64,000 nt of DNA from an uncultured bacterium (GTDB taxonomy: Bacteria > Omnitrophota > Gorgyraeia > Zapsychrales > Aceulaceae), in contig CALGLP010000022.1 in assembly GCA_937930175.1 (NCBI GenBank), positions 2,585 to 66,584 of the forward strand. Reading direction: 5' to 3'. The notes under the pieces were generated by a model. The model saw nothing but the letters and a program-made list of their open reading frames with translations, was not told the origin of the DNA and ran no database searches. Shown here piece by piece: positions 36,647-46,214 of this stretch. Numbering within the stretch: the stretch's first letter is position 1; every line of letters starts with the position of its first letter. The translations under genes were made by a program, and so were the position numbers.

Positions 36647-39600
36647 AGATCACCTTTATTTATCCGCGTTTTGAAAAGTTTCTAAGTACAAATAAAGATT
36701 TAGACCAGGGGTTGGTGGATTATTTTCTTGGTGATTTTACGACGCCGCCATCTTTGGGTATCCCTATTTTGGCGTCATGGACACCGGCTGATGTTGACGT
36801 CGAGCTGGTGGATGATAACAGCGGGGATCCTGTTGATTTTAACGCTGCTACGGATCTGGTGGCGATCAATTGTTTTACCCCTCAGGCGACGCGGGCTTTT
36901 GAGATCGCGGATGGGTATCGTGCTTGTGGTAAAAAAGTTGTTATGGGTGGTTTTTTTCCTTCGTTTATGGCGGAGGAATGTCTTAAGCACGCGGATGCGG
37001 TTTGTGTCGGTGAGGCGGAGCCTGTTTGGGAAGCGATTGTCGCGGATGCGCGCGCGGGACAGCTTAAGAAAAAATATATTGGTGGCTGCCGCTTTGACTT
37101 AGCCAAGATGCGTATCCCTAGGCGTGCAATCTTTTATAATAAAAAGAATTATGACTGGGATGAAGATCTCGTGCAGATTACCCGGGGATGTTCTTATAAT
37201 TGCGCGATGTGCGCGATCCCCGCCCATATGGGAAGCCATATTCGTTTTCGGCCTATTGACCATATCGTTGAGGAGATGAGAACGCTTAAGTATGACAATG
37301 TGTATCTTGCGGATGATGTGCTCTTTTTTCCGCATAAACGCATTCATGATTATGTGAAGGCATTATTGCAGGAGCTGATCCCTCTTAAGAAGAAGTATTT
37401 TGTCTCCTCGACCATGGCGTTGCGCTCGGAGCCTGCGTTTCTGGACCTTGCGGCTAAGGCGGGCGTCCGTAATTTTTATTGTACGATGAATGTTGACCCG
37501 GTTTCGATCCAGGCGCTGCAAGGGGGAGCAAAAGAACAGCAGATCTTGTGCGACTTGGTCAAGAACATGGAAGATCGTGGTATTCGTTTTTTTGGGTCGT
37601 TTGCCGTTGGCCGCGATTGGGATGATACGAGCATTGCCGATCGGATTATTGATTTGAGCAACAAAGCGAATATTCGCACATCGGAATTCTTTCTTTTTAC
37701 TCCTTATCCGGGCACGGTGCATTGGGATCGACTTGAGCGCCAGGGCAGGATTTTTGATAGGACTTGGAAGCATTATAATGGGGCGCATATTGTCGCGCAC
37801 CATCCAACGATGAGCGACGAAGAGCTTTATGGACAATTTCTTAAGGTGTGGAGAGAATTCTTTAAAAAGAATAAGGATCAGCACGCTGTGCATTTGGCGC
37901 CAATTGTTTATGAGGGTGAAAACGTTGTGGTGGGCAAGCAATTGGCGAAGAAAGGTGTGCGTGGCCAGGCTGCGATTACAGGGGTAGGATTTCTCAGCCC
38001 GATCGGTCACGAAAAAGAAACGATGATCGAGGCTCTCAAGGAAGGCCGTCACGGGATAGCGCCCATCACAAAGCTTGATACCTCTTCCTTTAGTACAAAT
38101 CTCGGCGGAGAAATAAAAGATTTTGATCCTTTGGATCACATGAGCCCGGTGGAATGTCATGATTTTGATGATCCTTATATTCAGCATGCTGTCGTCGCCT
38201 CGCGTAAGGCGATCAAGGATGCGGGCTTGGTGTTGGACAAACATGCCATCAATCGCGATATTGCAGTTGTTTTAGGTACGTGCAACGGTGGGCTGGTTTC
38301 TGGCGAAAAAGAATATCGCTGGATCCACGGGAAGTCCGATGTTCCCTTTGATGAGAAAATGAATCTTTTGGTGAAGTATTACGGATTAGGTAAGGCGATC
38401 GCGCAAGCCCTTAAGATCGGCGGGGAAACGTGGATGGTGACAACGGCCTGCTCTTCCACCACAGCGGCATTGGGGCTGGCTCAGATGTTGATCCGTCGGG
38501 GTTATTATAAAAAGGTGCTGGTAGGCGGCTCGGACAGCTTGAGCCTAGCCAACATTTCTGGGTTTAATGGATTAAAAGCGTTATCGTCTGGCCAGATCGC
38601 GCCTTTTTCAATGCCCTATGGATTGAATATTGGTGAAGCGGCCTGCTTTTGGGTTGTGGAAGAGATGGAGCATGCCCTTTTACGTAACGCTAGATGTTAT
38701 GGTAAGATCATCGGTCATGCTACGACCTCGGATGCCTATCATCCTACGACTCCGGATCCTCGTGGTGAAGGCGTTTTTAAAACGCTCGATCATGCCTTGC
38801 GGAACGCGGGAATTCCTTTAAAGGACATTGCTTATATTAATGCCCATGGAACAGGGACGGAAGCCAATGATCGCGCGGAAAGTAAGGGGATCGCGAAATT
38901 TATTAAAGATGAGCCTGTACCGGTTGTTTCATTAAAATCTTTTTTTGGCCATTGCATGGGAACTGCTGGTATTTTAGAGGCGACATGCAGCTTGTTAAGC
39001 ATGAACGAGGGTTTTATTCCCCCTACGGTCAATTTTTCCAGCGCTCGTCCGGGATGCACGCTTGATTATGTGCCTCAGACATCACGCCCAAAAGAACATC
39101 AGGCTTTTATTTCTGCAAATTATGCTTTTGGCGGGAATAACGCTGCTGTTGTTATTTCCAAATGGGATTTTCCAACACCGGCCATAGAACGGAAAAGCCA
39201 GCGTGTTGTTATTACAGGCCTTGGTGCTATTACATCGCTAGGATTATCGGTCAAGGAGACGCTGGTGGCCTTGCGTCAAAGCAAAAAAGGTCTTGGTTCC
39301 ATTGAACGCTTACAGCTTAAGGGTGTTGGGTCTGCCTTGGCTGGCCTTGTTCCAGATTTTAAAGCAGCACAGATCGATAGGCGCCTTGACTTCTCTTCGT
39401 TAAATCTTATAAGCAAGTTTGCCACGGCTGCAGCCAAGTTGGCTTTAGATCACGCGGGAATTCGTGTGGGAACAAGTAATGCTGATCAGGTTGGTATCGT
39501 CATGGGAGTTTGCAATGGTCCATCGGAGTCAGGCCACATGGACAGTGTTTTTACGTCTGAAAATTACCAGCCGCATATCAGCAGTTTTTCAAATATCACG

Positions 39601-40422
39601 GCTAATTCCACAGCTGGATGGGTGTCCAATCTTTTGTATTTAAAGGGTGTGAATATCTCTTTGGCGCCGGGGCAGCACGCAGGGCTTCAGGCCTTAGCCT
39701 ATGCCTATGATTTTTTAGCAGAAGGGCAGGCTCAGTTTTTGGTCGTGGGAGCAGCGGATGAGGTTTATCCAAGGCATTATTGGAAATATGACGTTATCCA
39801 TTATTTGTATCAAGGGCCAGAGGAGCGGGATTATCGACTGCGACTGGATCATGAAAAGCAAAAAGTAGTTGGTGAAGGCGCGGGGATGATCGTTATGGAA
39901 ACACTTGATCAGGCTAAAGAGCGAGGCGCTCATATCTTAGGCGAGGTTTTAGGCTATGGAATGTCGATGGATGCCGGGCCGTTTATCGGGCAAAATCTTG
40001 ACGTGGAGGGCCTTTTGCATGCCTGTAAGCTTGCCATGGAAAGGGCGCAGATTGTTCGTGACCAGGTTGGCCTTGTTGTGTGGGCTCCTCAGGGCAATGT
40101 CCAGGATCAAAAGGTTATGGATGCGTGCAAGAATATTTTTGCTGCGCGCTACGAAGAAATTCCCCTTGTTACGACAACTTTCAACACAGGATACCTGGAG
40201 AGCGCGTCGATCATGGTGACCCTGGGGTGCGTGCTTGCAGCTTTTGAGCAAGGTTTTGATCTTTGGCCTCAGGTCACAGGGGTTTCAGAGATTGATCGCA
40301 AGGTTCTTGTTAAGTCGCCTGAGCATATTCTTGTGATCGGCAGTAGTGACGTGGGATACAACTTTGCCGTTGTTATTAAGCGTGAACTGTCTACGTTGAA
40401 GGTTCTTTCTGTCAGTGCTTAG
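36643..40422 (+). CDS. Tri-domain protein: B12-binding-like domain + radical SAM core, fused to beta-ketoacyl synthase (KS) and a second KS-like (KS-beta/CLF-like) domain
   Basis: aa 1-150 B12-binding-like (IPILASWTPADVDVELVDDN...VVMGGFFPS...VCVGEAEPVW). Radical SAM CxxxCxxC at ITRGCSYNCAMCAIP. KS domain from about aa 435 (AITGVGFLSPIG) with active-site TACSSTTAALG, NAHGTGTEANDRAE and KSFFGHCMGTAG. Second KS-like domain from about aa 850 (VVITGLGAITSLG...VMGVCNGPSESG). Continuous 1259-aa ORF, no internal stops. Confidence 0.8.
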   Translation: MKITFIYPRFEKFLSTNKDLDQGLVDYFLGDFTTPPSLGIPILASWTPADVDVELVDDNSGDPVDFNAATDLVAINCFTPQATRAFEIADGYRACGKKVVMGGFFPSFMAEECLKHADAVCVGEAEPVWEAIVADARAGQLKKKYIGGCRFDLAKMRIPRRAIFYNKKNYDWDEDLVQITRGCSYNCAMCAIPAHMGSHIRFRPIDHIVEEMRTLKYDNVYLADDVLFFPHKRIHDYVKALLQELIPLKKKYFVSSTMALRSEPAFLDLAAKAGVRNFYCTMNVDPVSIQALQGGAKEQQILCDLVKNMEDRGIRFFGSFAVGRDWDDTSIADRIIDLSNKANIRTSEFFLFTPYPGTVHWDRLERQGRIFDRTWKHYNGAHIVAHHPTMSDEELYGQFLKVWREFFKKNKDQHAVHLAPIVYEGENVVVGKQLAKKGVRGQAAITGVGFLSPIGHEKETMIEALKEGRHGIAPITKLDTSSFSTNLGGEIKDFDPLDHMSPVECHDFDDPYIQHAVVASRKAIKDAGLVLDKHAINRDIAVVLGTCNGGLVSGEKEYRWIHGKSDVPFDEKMNLLVKYYGLGKAIAQALKIGGETWMVTTACSSTTAALGLAQMLIRRGYYKKVLVGGSDSLSLANISGFNGLKALSSGQIAPFSMPYGLNIGEAACFWVVEEMEHALLRNARCYGKIIGHATTSDAYHPTTPDPRGEGVFKTLDHALRNAGIPLKDIAYINAHGTGTEANDRAESKGIAKFIKDEPVPVVSLKSFFGHCMGTAGILEATCSLLSMNEGFIPPTVNFSSARPGCTLDYVPQTSRPKEHQAFISANYAFGGNNAAVVISKWDFPTPAIERKSQRVVITGLGAITSLGLSVKETLVALRQSKKGLGSIERLQLKGVGSALAGLVPDFKAAQIDRRLDFSSLNLISKFATAAAKLALDHAGIRVGTSNADQVGIVMGVCNGPSESGHMDSVFTSENYQPHISSFSNITANSTAGWVSNLLYLKGVNISLAPGQHAGLQALAYAYDFLAEGQAQFLVVGAADEVYPRHYWKYDVIHYLYQGPEERDYRLRLDHEKQKVVGEGAGMIVMETLDQAKERGAHILGEVLGYGMSMDAGPFIGQNLDVEGLLHACKLAMERAQIVRDQVGLVVWAPQGNVQDQKVMDACKNIFAARYEEIPLVTTTFNTGYLESASIMVTLGCVLAAFEQGFDLWPQVTGVSEIDRKVLVKSPEHILVIGSSDVGYNFAVVIKRELSTLKVLSVSA

Positions 40423-40552
40423 AGGAGCGGTGGATCGACTTAAGACGTGATTTGACATTTGACATGCTTGGGAATATCGGGTATCCTGTTTTTTAAGTTT
40501 TGTGATCAATGAGTTATTCACGTTAAAAGCTTTAAAGGAGGGACAATCGAGA

Positions 40553-40849
40553 ATGGATCAGTCTATGCAGGCAACGATTGATGAGCGCGTTGCTGTTATT
40601 CAAGCCATTAAGGAGGAGCTTATTCGGCGTTTAAATCTGCCTTATAAGCCTGAAGATTTACACGAAGATGTTTCGTTGTTTGGGGCAGGGCTAGGCCTGG
40701 ATTCCCTCGATGCCCTCGAGGTTGTTTTGTGTGTTGAAAATTGTTTTGGCATCAGGATCCCGGACAATAATATTGCGATCTTGCGTTCGATCAATACGTT
40801 AGCTGATTATGTTTTAGAGCACAAAGCTAAGCAAGGAGGCGCCGCATGA
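40553..40849 (+). CDS. Acyl carrier protein
   Basis: Phosphopantetheine attachment motif GLDSLDALEVV. AAAGGAGGG RBS 8 nt upstream of ATG 40553 (track start 40502 is inside the RBS region). Stop overlaps next start (ATGA). Confidence 0.75.
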   Translation: MDQSMQATIDERVAVIQAIKEELIRRLNLPYKPEDLHEDVSLFGAGLGLDSLDALEVVLCVENCFGIRIPDNNIAILRSINTLADYVLEHKAKQGGAA

Positions 40850-41955
40850 GAATATCAGCGTTGCGTGACCTCTTGTCCCAGCAGGGGGCTTCGTTTAAAG
40901 AGCGTTTTGGTGTAGAGGTTCCGTCGGTTATCAGTGACCTTAAAACAGAATATCATGCGATTCGTGACCATGTCGGCATTACAGATTTTTCATCCATGCA
41001 GAAGTTTCGGATCACTGCGGAACGGGGAGTTGATTTCTTGGAAAATCTTTTTCCGGGAAATGTAGCGAAGATCCGTTTTTGTCGAGTTTTGCATACTTTT
41101 TTGTCCGATGAAAATGGTAACTTGATCGCAGACTGCTATATTGCTAACAATGATGAAGATTTTATTGTGCTTTGTGACAGCGTTGTTGATGATGCGACGC
41201 TTAAGGCCCTTATGAATAAATATGGCGCTCAGGAGTTTGGGCTTGAGGATATCACCGCGACACATGTTGTTTTTAGCGTCGACGGATATAAAGCCTGGGC
41301 GGTTGTTAAAGAGCTTTGCGGTGCTGATGTCTTAGGCTTGCCGTATCTCTCTGTCGAGACCTATCGCTTTGAAGAAGCCCCGTTTTCTCTTTTCCGAGCT
41401 GGCAAAACATCAGAATTTGGATATTTGATCTTGGCTACTAAGGACATGGGCCCTAAGTTGTTAGCAAAGTTGATTGCGCTTGCGCAAAAAAACGAGGGTG
41501 GCCTTTGTGGGACAACAATTCATGATACCTTGCGTCTTGAGGGGCGCTTCTTTAATATTTTTGCGGAAGGCCTGTCTGTCAAAGATCCGTTGGCCTTGGG
41601 TTTGCAGTGGATGATCGATTTTGATAAGGAGGTCTTTATTGGCCGCGATCCTATTGTTACTAGGCGAGAAAAAGGATTGACGCATAAAATCATCGGTGTC
41701 AAGGCCGAGAGTGCCCTTGAGGATCTTAAAGCCGGCGCTTTCATTTTTCATGAAGGAAAACAAGTCGCTCAAGTGCAGGCTGCCTGCTTTTCGTATGGAC
41801 TCAATGCATGGATTGGCTTGGCGCTTTTTCCAGTTGCTATCGCCTATCCGTATCTGTCTTTTAATCTTGAAAAGCCTGATGGGCTTACGATCGCCACGAT
41901 TGCGATGCCGCCGATCATGCCCAAAAGCTTAACTGTGAAACTCGATGAGCTCTAA
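40846..41955 (+). CDS. Glycine-cleavage T-protein (aminomethyltransferase GcvT/YgfZ/DmdA) family folate-binding protein
   Basis: GcvT-fold signatures HVGITDFSSMQKFRITAERGVDFLENLF and TIHDTLRLEGRFFNIFAEG. Confidence 0.6.
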   Translation: MRISALRDLLSQQGASFKERFGVEVPSVISDLKTEYHAIRDHVGITDFSSMQKFRITAERGVDFLENLFPGNVAKIRFCRVLHTFLSDENGNLIADCYIANNDEDFIVLCDSVVDDATLKALMNKYGAQEFGLEDITATHVVFSVDGYKAWAVVKELCGADVLGLPYLSVETYRFEEAPFSLFRAGKTSEFGYLILATKDMGPKLLAKLIALAQKNEGGLCGTTIHDTLRLEGRFFNIFAEGLSVKDPLALGLQWMIDFDKEVFIGRDPIVTRREKGLTHKIIGVKAESALEDLKAGAFIFHEGKQVAQVQAACFSYGLNAWIGLALFPVAIAYPYLSFNLEKPDGLTIATIAMPPIMPKSLTVKLDEL

Positions 41956-41969
41956 AGTGTGGAGGCATT

Positions 41970-42404
41970 ATGGATAATGCAAAGGGAAGGCTTATTAAGC
42001 GCAAGCTGTCGATCATCCCACGCTTGTGCGATATTGATATGGTTGGTGTGGTTTATAATGTTAATCATTTCAAGTGGTTTGATGAGGGGCGCTTTGCTAT
42101 TATTTCTGAAATGATCAGCTTAGATGAGATCGTTGAAACTGGAATGACGTTTATGATCGCGGAAAATCATTGTAAGTATGAGAACTATGCGACTTATGGC
42201 GAGCCGTTGATTTTATACACCACGCATCGTGTCCAATCTGCTTACCAGGGTCGTTTTGATTTTACGCATTCGATTATCCATGAAAAGAAAAAGACCGAGA
42301 TCGCGAGTGGATCCTCGAGCATGGTGGTCGTTAATTACAAAACACGGCAATTACTTAAAGAACTACCGGATTTTATGTGGCAACGTTATCTTAAAATGCA
42401 ATAG
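41970..42404 (+). CDS. Hotdog-fold acyl-CoA/acyl-ACP thioesterase (4HBT/YbgC-like)
   Basis: 144 aa; IPRLCDIDMVGVVYNVNHFKWFDEGRFAII 4HBT-type pattern. Confidence 0.65.
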   Translation: MDNAKGRLIKRKLSIIPRLCDIDMVGVVYNVNHFKWFDEGRFAIISEMISLDEIVETGMTFMIAENHCKYENYATYGEPLILYTTHRVQSAYQGRFDFTHSIIHEKKKTEIASGSSSMVVVNYKTRQLLKELPDFMWQRYLKMQ

Positions 42405-43151
42405 GTGCCAAATATGCTTCTTGAAGGTCGTATCGCAGTGGTGACTGGGGGTTCTCGGGGGATTGGCCGGGCGATCGTCACCGAATTTGTGCGGAATAAA
42501 GCCAAGGTTTATTTTACCTACCACAAGGATGATGCCGCGGCCAATGAAGTGCGAGATCTCTGCGGTGCTATTCCTGTTAAATGTTCCCAGACGAATTTGG
42601 AAGAGGTCGAAAAGACGATCGCATTTATTTTGGCAGAGAGCGGCAGGATCGATATTTTGGTGAATAATGCGGGCATTACCTCGGATCAGTTTCTGATGAT
42701 GATGCCTTTTGATCAATGGGACAAAGTGATCAATGTTAATCTCAATGGCGCGTATCGCTGGGTCAAGGCGGTGAGCCGGACCATGATCTCTGCGGGAAAA
42801 GGTGTCATCATCAATGTGGCTTCGATCGCGGGTTTGGTGGGTACCCCGGGGCAGAGTAATTATGCAGCCTCCAAAGGGGGCTTGATCGCTTTTACGCGGT
42901 CGCTAGCAGCAGAGCTTGGAACCAAGGGAATTCGTGTGAATGCAATCGTTCCTGGTTTTATTGAAACGGATATGACCGCGGTGATGCCACGGCAGATCAA
43001 AAAGCAAAACATGGAAAGAATTCTTTTAAAGCGATTTGGGAAGCCTGAAGAAATTGCCCCGATCGCTTTATTTTTAGCCTCTGAAGGATCTTCTTATATT
43101 GCAGGTCAAGCAATTGTCGCGGATGGAGGATTGTCGGCCACCGCGGTCTAA
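42405..43151 (+). CDS. fabG: 3-oxoacyl-ACP reductase (SDR family, FabG-like ketoreductase)
   Basis: GRIAVVTGGSRGIGRAIV cofactor motif. Catalytic NVASIAG...YAASKGG (S-Y-K). GTG 42405 or ATG 42414 start. Confidence 0.8.
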   Translation: MPNMLLEGRIAVVTGGSRGIGRAIVTEFVRNKAKVYFTYHKDDAAANEVRDLCGAIPVKCSQTNLEEVEKTIAFILAESGRIDILVNNAGITSDQFLMMMPFDQWDKVINVNLNGAYRWVKAVSRTMISAGKGVIINVASIAGLVGTPGQSNYAASKGGLIAFTRSLAAELGTKGIRVNAIVPGFIETDMTAVMPRQIKKQNMERILLKRFGKPEEIAPIALFLASEGSSYIAGQAIVADGGLSATAV

Positions 43152-43187
43152 TCAAAAATGATGTACATAAGCGATCGTTTTTAAATA

Positions 43188-44135
43188 ATGGCAAAAACTG
43201 TATTCTTATTCCCAGGTCAGGGATCGCAAGAAGTTGGTATGGCGCGCGATTTATTTCATGGTGATGAGTATTTTTTGTCTCTGATTGCTCAGGCGAGCCG
43301 GATCACAGGGGAGGATCTTGCCAGGCTTTGTTTAAAGGGTCCTGAAAAAAGGCTTGCCAATGCGCGTTTTTTGCAGCCCTTGATTGTTGCCGTGTCGCTT
43401 GGCTATCTGAGGCGCGTTCAAGAAAAAGGGATCAAGCCAGATTATTTACTAGGACATTCTTTAGGTGAGATCACTGCCTTGGCTGCGGCAGGCGTTATCA
43501 GCGATGATCTCGCGGTTGTGATGGCTGCTCAGCGTGGGGCGCTTATGGATGAAGCCGCCCAACTTTGCGACGGAGCCATGATGGCGGTATCCGCGCAGGT
43601 CAACGATATTGAAGCCCTTATTGAGGCTCTAGGATTAAGCAATCAAGTGTTCATCAGTAATATTAATTCACCAGAGCAAATAGTCCTTTCGGCAGACAAG
43701 ACATCGTTAAGCATTATGTCCTCCAGGATCCACGCTCAAGGGGGTAAATATAAAATGCTCAATATCGCAGGGCCTTGGCACAGCCCCTATATGGCGAGCG
43801 CTTATGAAAAATTTAAAGTGTGGGCAAAGACCTTGATCCTCCAAGAGCCCTGCACGCCGATTATTTTTAACGCCATGGCCAAACCTGAATCAAATCCGGA
43901 AAAAATAAAAGAATATATAACCGTGCAGATGAAAAGTCCTGTGCATTTTAAGCAGTGCATGGAATATCTTCATCGCGAACCGGTGGAGACTTTTTTAGAA
44001 ATAGGTCCCGGAAGGGTCTTGTCAGGCTTGGTGCGCGCCAATGGTTTTATGCAAGGGACCAAGGTCTTTTGCGTGAATGATCTGCGCGGCGTGGATAACG
44101 CCGCGCGTGAGCTTTCGGTGTCGCGTGACCTTTAG
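43188..44135 (+). CDS. fabD: Malonyl-CoA:ACP transacylase
   Basis: FLFPGQGSQEVGM and active-site GHSLGEITALAAAG. Confidence 0.88.
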   Translation: MAKTVFLFPGQGSQEVGMARDLFHGDEYFLSLIAQASRITGEDLARLCLKGPEKRLANARFLQPLIVAVSLGYLRRVQEKGIKPDYLLGHSLGEITALAAAGVISDDLAVVMAAQRGALMDEAAQLCDGAMMAVSAQVNDIEALIEALGLSNQVFISNINSPEQIVLSADKTSLSIMSSRIHAQGGKYKMLNIAGPWHSPYMASAYEKFKVWAKTLILQEPCTPIIFNAMAKPESNPEKIKEYITVQMKSPVHFKQCMEYLHREPVETFLEIGPGRVLSGLVRANGFMQGTKVFCVNDLRGVDNAARELSVSRDL

Positions 44136-44608
44136 ATGGCGCCTTCCACGCTAGCAAGCATGAGCGTTCCCTTAGCGATGGTTTTCCGACCGGCGATCGC
44201 TTCCACAAGATAGGAATAAAGAACCCCAAATTCTTCTTTGCGTTCTGCGATGAGTTCAAGGGTTTCTCCAGGATATGCGGGAGAAACAAACTTGATATTA
44301 GACGATGCAAGATAAAAAAGGCGCGGTGAGGTTGGTGGCGTCGCGCTCAAGGTCTTTTGGCTAAATCCCATAAGTAACCCGCTTGTTTGCGCTAGGGCGT
44401 CCAGCACGAGCACGCCAGGCATGATCGCTTTTTGTGGAAAATGTCCTTTAAGCCAGGGTTCATCATTGCGTATGGTGCGTTCAGCTACGATCATTTTGTT
44501 GGGGATGAATTTTGTCACGCGATCAACAAAAAGAAAAGGTGGTCTGTGTGGGATGATCGCAAGGATATCGTCTAACCCAAAAATTGTTTTCTTTTCCATG
44601 GCCGGCAT
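44132..44608 (-). CDS. fabZ: 3-hydroxyacyl-ACP dehydratase FabZ (hotdog)
   Basis: IPHRPPFLFVDRV...GHFPQKAIMPGVLVLDALAQTSG. Convergent with fabD, 4-nt overlap. Confidence 0.85.
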   Translation of the reverse strand: MPAMEKKTIFGLDDILAIIPHRPPFLFVDRVTKFIPNKMIVAERTIRNDEPWLKGHFPQKAIMPGVLVLDALAQTSGLLMGFSQKTLSATPPTSPRLFYLASSNIKFVSPAYPGETLELIAERKEEFGVLYSYLVEAIAGRKTIAKGTLMLASVEGAI

Positions 44609-44706
44609 CGATGGTTTTATAAAATATTTATTATTTTAATAACTTAACAAAGATAGTATCATAAGTCAAACAGATTACCGTTAGGCAAAACCTAAAGAGA
44701 TATTAA

Positions 44707-45192
44707 ATGAAGTGCGAAGGCTTGAACTCTACGATTAAACTCGTCATCAGCATATTGATCTGTCAAAGTGCCGGGATCATCGGGTCCTTTTTCACGCGCT
44801 CAGCAATCTCGCCATGGTATGCGTTTCTCAATAAACCAACTTTTAACCCGCCCAACTGGGTCTTTGCGCCGGTATGGACAATTCTTTATACTTTCATGGG
44901 CGTTGCCTTCTTTTTAGTTTGGAGAAAAGGACTTTATGTCCAGGGTGTGAAAAAGGCGCTTCGCGTATTTCTTTTTCAGTTAGTGCTCAACAGCCTTTGG
45001 TCGATCGTCTTTTTTGGCGCGCATTCGATCGTCGGAGGGTTTACGACTATCGTGATCCTTTGGCTAGCCATCGTCTGGACAATCATGGAGTTTTTTTCGG
45101 TCTCAAAATGGGCCGCAGCATTACTGGTCCCGTATATTGCCTGGGTCAGTTTTGCGGCAATTCTAAACGGCGCATTGGTTTTTTTAAATTAA
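44707..45192 (+). CDS. tspO: TspO/MBR family tryptophan-rich sensory protein
   Basis: WYAFLNKPTFNPPNWVFAPVWTILYTFMGVAFFLVWRKG; five TM helices. Confidence 0.8.
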   Translation: MKCEGLNSTIKLVISILICQSAGIIGSFFTRSAISPWYAFLNKPTFNPPNWVFAPVWTILYTFMGVAFFLVWRKGLYVQGVKKALRVFLFQLVLNSLWSIVFFGAHSIVGGFTTIVILWLAIVWTIMEFFSVSKWAAALLVPYIAWVSFAAILNGALVFLN

Positions 45193-45219
45193 AGTAATTT
45201 TTATATTTAGCGGTTTAAA

Positions 45220-45894
45220 ATGGCTTTAATCAAAGAAAAACGCTTTATCATTGTGTTCGCAAAAGAGCCTCAGCGCGGAAAGATTAAAACCCGCCTGAAT
45301 AATGACCTCTCTCAAAAGAGCATTGTGGGTCTTTACAAGGCATTTCTTAAAGATACCGTTGCGGCAATTAACACATATAAAAACGTTCATAAAATAATGG
45401 CTTATTGTTCTGAAGGTCATCCTGTTTATTTAAAAAGGATTGCCCCAGGCTATATTTTATATAAGCAAGAAGGTGTTTCTTTAGGACAAAGACTTTATGC
45501 CGCGTTTGTATTCGCAAAAAATCAAGGAGCCACCAAAATTGTTGTCGTTGGCTCAGACGCGCCGGATCTTCCTTGCGCGTATATTAAAACAGCTTTTCGT
45601 AAGCTTGCGCGGCATGATGTGGTTTTCGGGCCATCCACCGATGGGGGGTATTATTTGGTGGCTTTAAAAAAACCTGTACGGAATATCTTTCAAGGAATAA
45701 AATGGAGCACATCCAGCGTGCTTGCGGAAAGTTTACGCAAGGCCAAAGGGGCTCGTCAAAAAGTGTCTTTGCTCAAACCCTGGCGTGATATAGACCAATA
45801 TGAAGATCTTGAAGCGCTCAGGACATCAGTAAAGAAAAACAAAGCTTGTGCCAGGCATACCCGGGAGTTTCTCTATGGAACGTGTTTCAAGTAA
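45220..45894 (+). CDS. DUF2064 family nucleotidyl/glycosyl-transferase-like protein (TIGR04282-like)
   Basis: RFIIVFAKEPQRGKIKTRL...IVVVGSDAPDLP...VVFGPSTDGGYYLVALKKP. Recognised from memory as the DUF2064 pattern. Confidence 0.55.
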   Translation: MALIKEKRFIIVFAKEPQRGKIKTRLNNDLSQKSIVGLYKAFLKDTVAAINTYKNVHKIMAYCSEGHPVYLKRIAPGYILYKQEGVSLGQRLYAAFVFAKNQGATKIVVVGSDAPDLPCAYIKTAFRKLARHDVVFGPSTDGGYYLVALKKPVRNIFQGIKWSTSSVLAESLRKAKGARQKVSLLKPWRDIDQYEDLEALRTSVKKNKACARHTREFLYGTCFK

Positions 45895-46207
45895 TTTGGT
45901 TATCATTACTCAATATAAATGGGCGGGGCAGATGGGGCCTTTCAAGATCCGTTCGACGTGTGAAGAGTGCGACATGACCACGCATCGGCTTAAAAAGATC
46001 ATAGGGGAATATTTTGCCGCTGAGCCTGTTGCTTTTGAAATTAAGCCATGGCTTGATCATGCGTTTTATTGTTTATCTAAAGGAACCTTTCATCCGCCGA
46101 TCATTTTGATCAACGGAAGAAAATTTTATCAATTTAGCCACGCGCATCCGGCTTTTGATCAAGAAAAGTTTATTGCACGGGTCCACCAGTTGCTGAAAGG
46201 AGAATAA
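45875..46207 (+). CDS. Hypothetical small protein with CEEC motif (possibly thioredoxin/glutaredoxin-like fold)
   Basis: ORF in a different frame, overlapping the 3' end of the previous gene. STCEECDMT and PPIILINGRKF loosely Grx-like. Start ambiguous (45848, 45875 or ~45940). Confidence 0.35.
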   Translation: MERVSSNLVIITQYKWAGQMGPFKIRSTCEECDMTTHRLKKIIGEYFAAEPVAFEIKPWLDHAFYCLSKGTFHPPIILINGRKFYQFSHAHPAFDQEKFIARVHQLLKGE

Positions 46208-46214
46208 ACGTAAT

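Noticed and set aside
36728-37102. 124-aa plus-strand alternative-frame ORF inside the rSAM domain region
   Set aside because: Out-of-frame overlap with a domain-bearing gene. Arg/Leu-rich low-complexity translation, no RBS.
37363-38244. 293-aa minus-strand ORF inside the rSAM-KS gene
   Set aside because: Antisense to a protein with clear domain motifs on the plus strand. No RBS and no recognisable domains, so a spurious overlap ORF.
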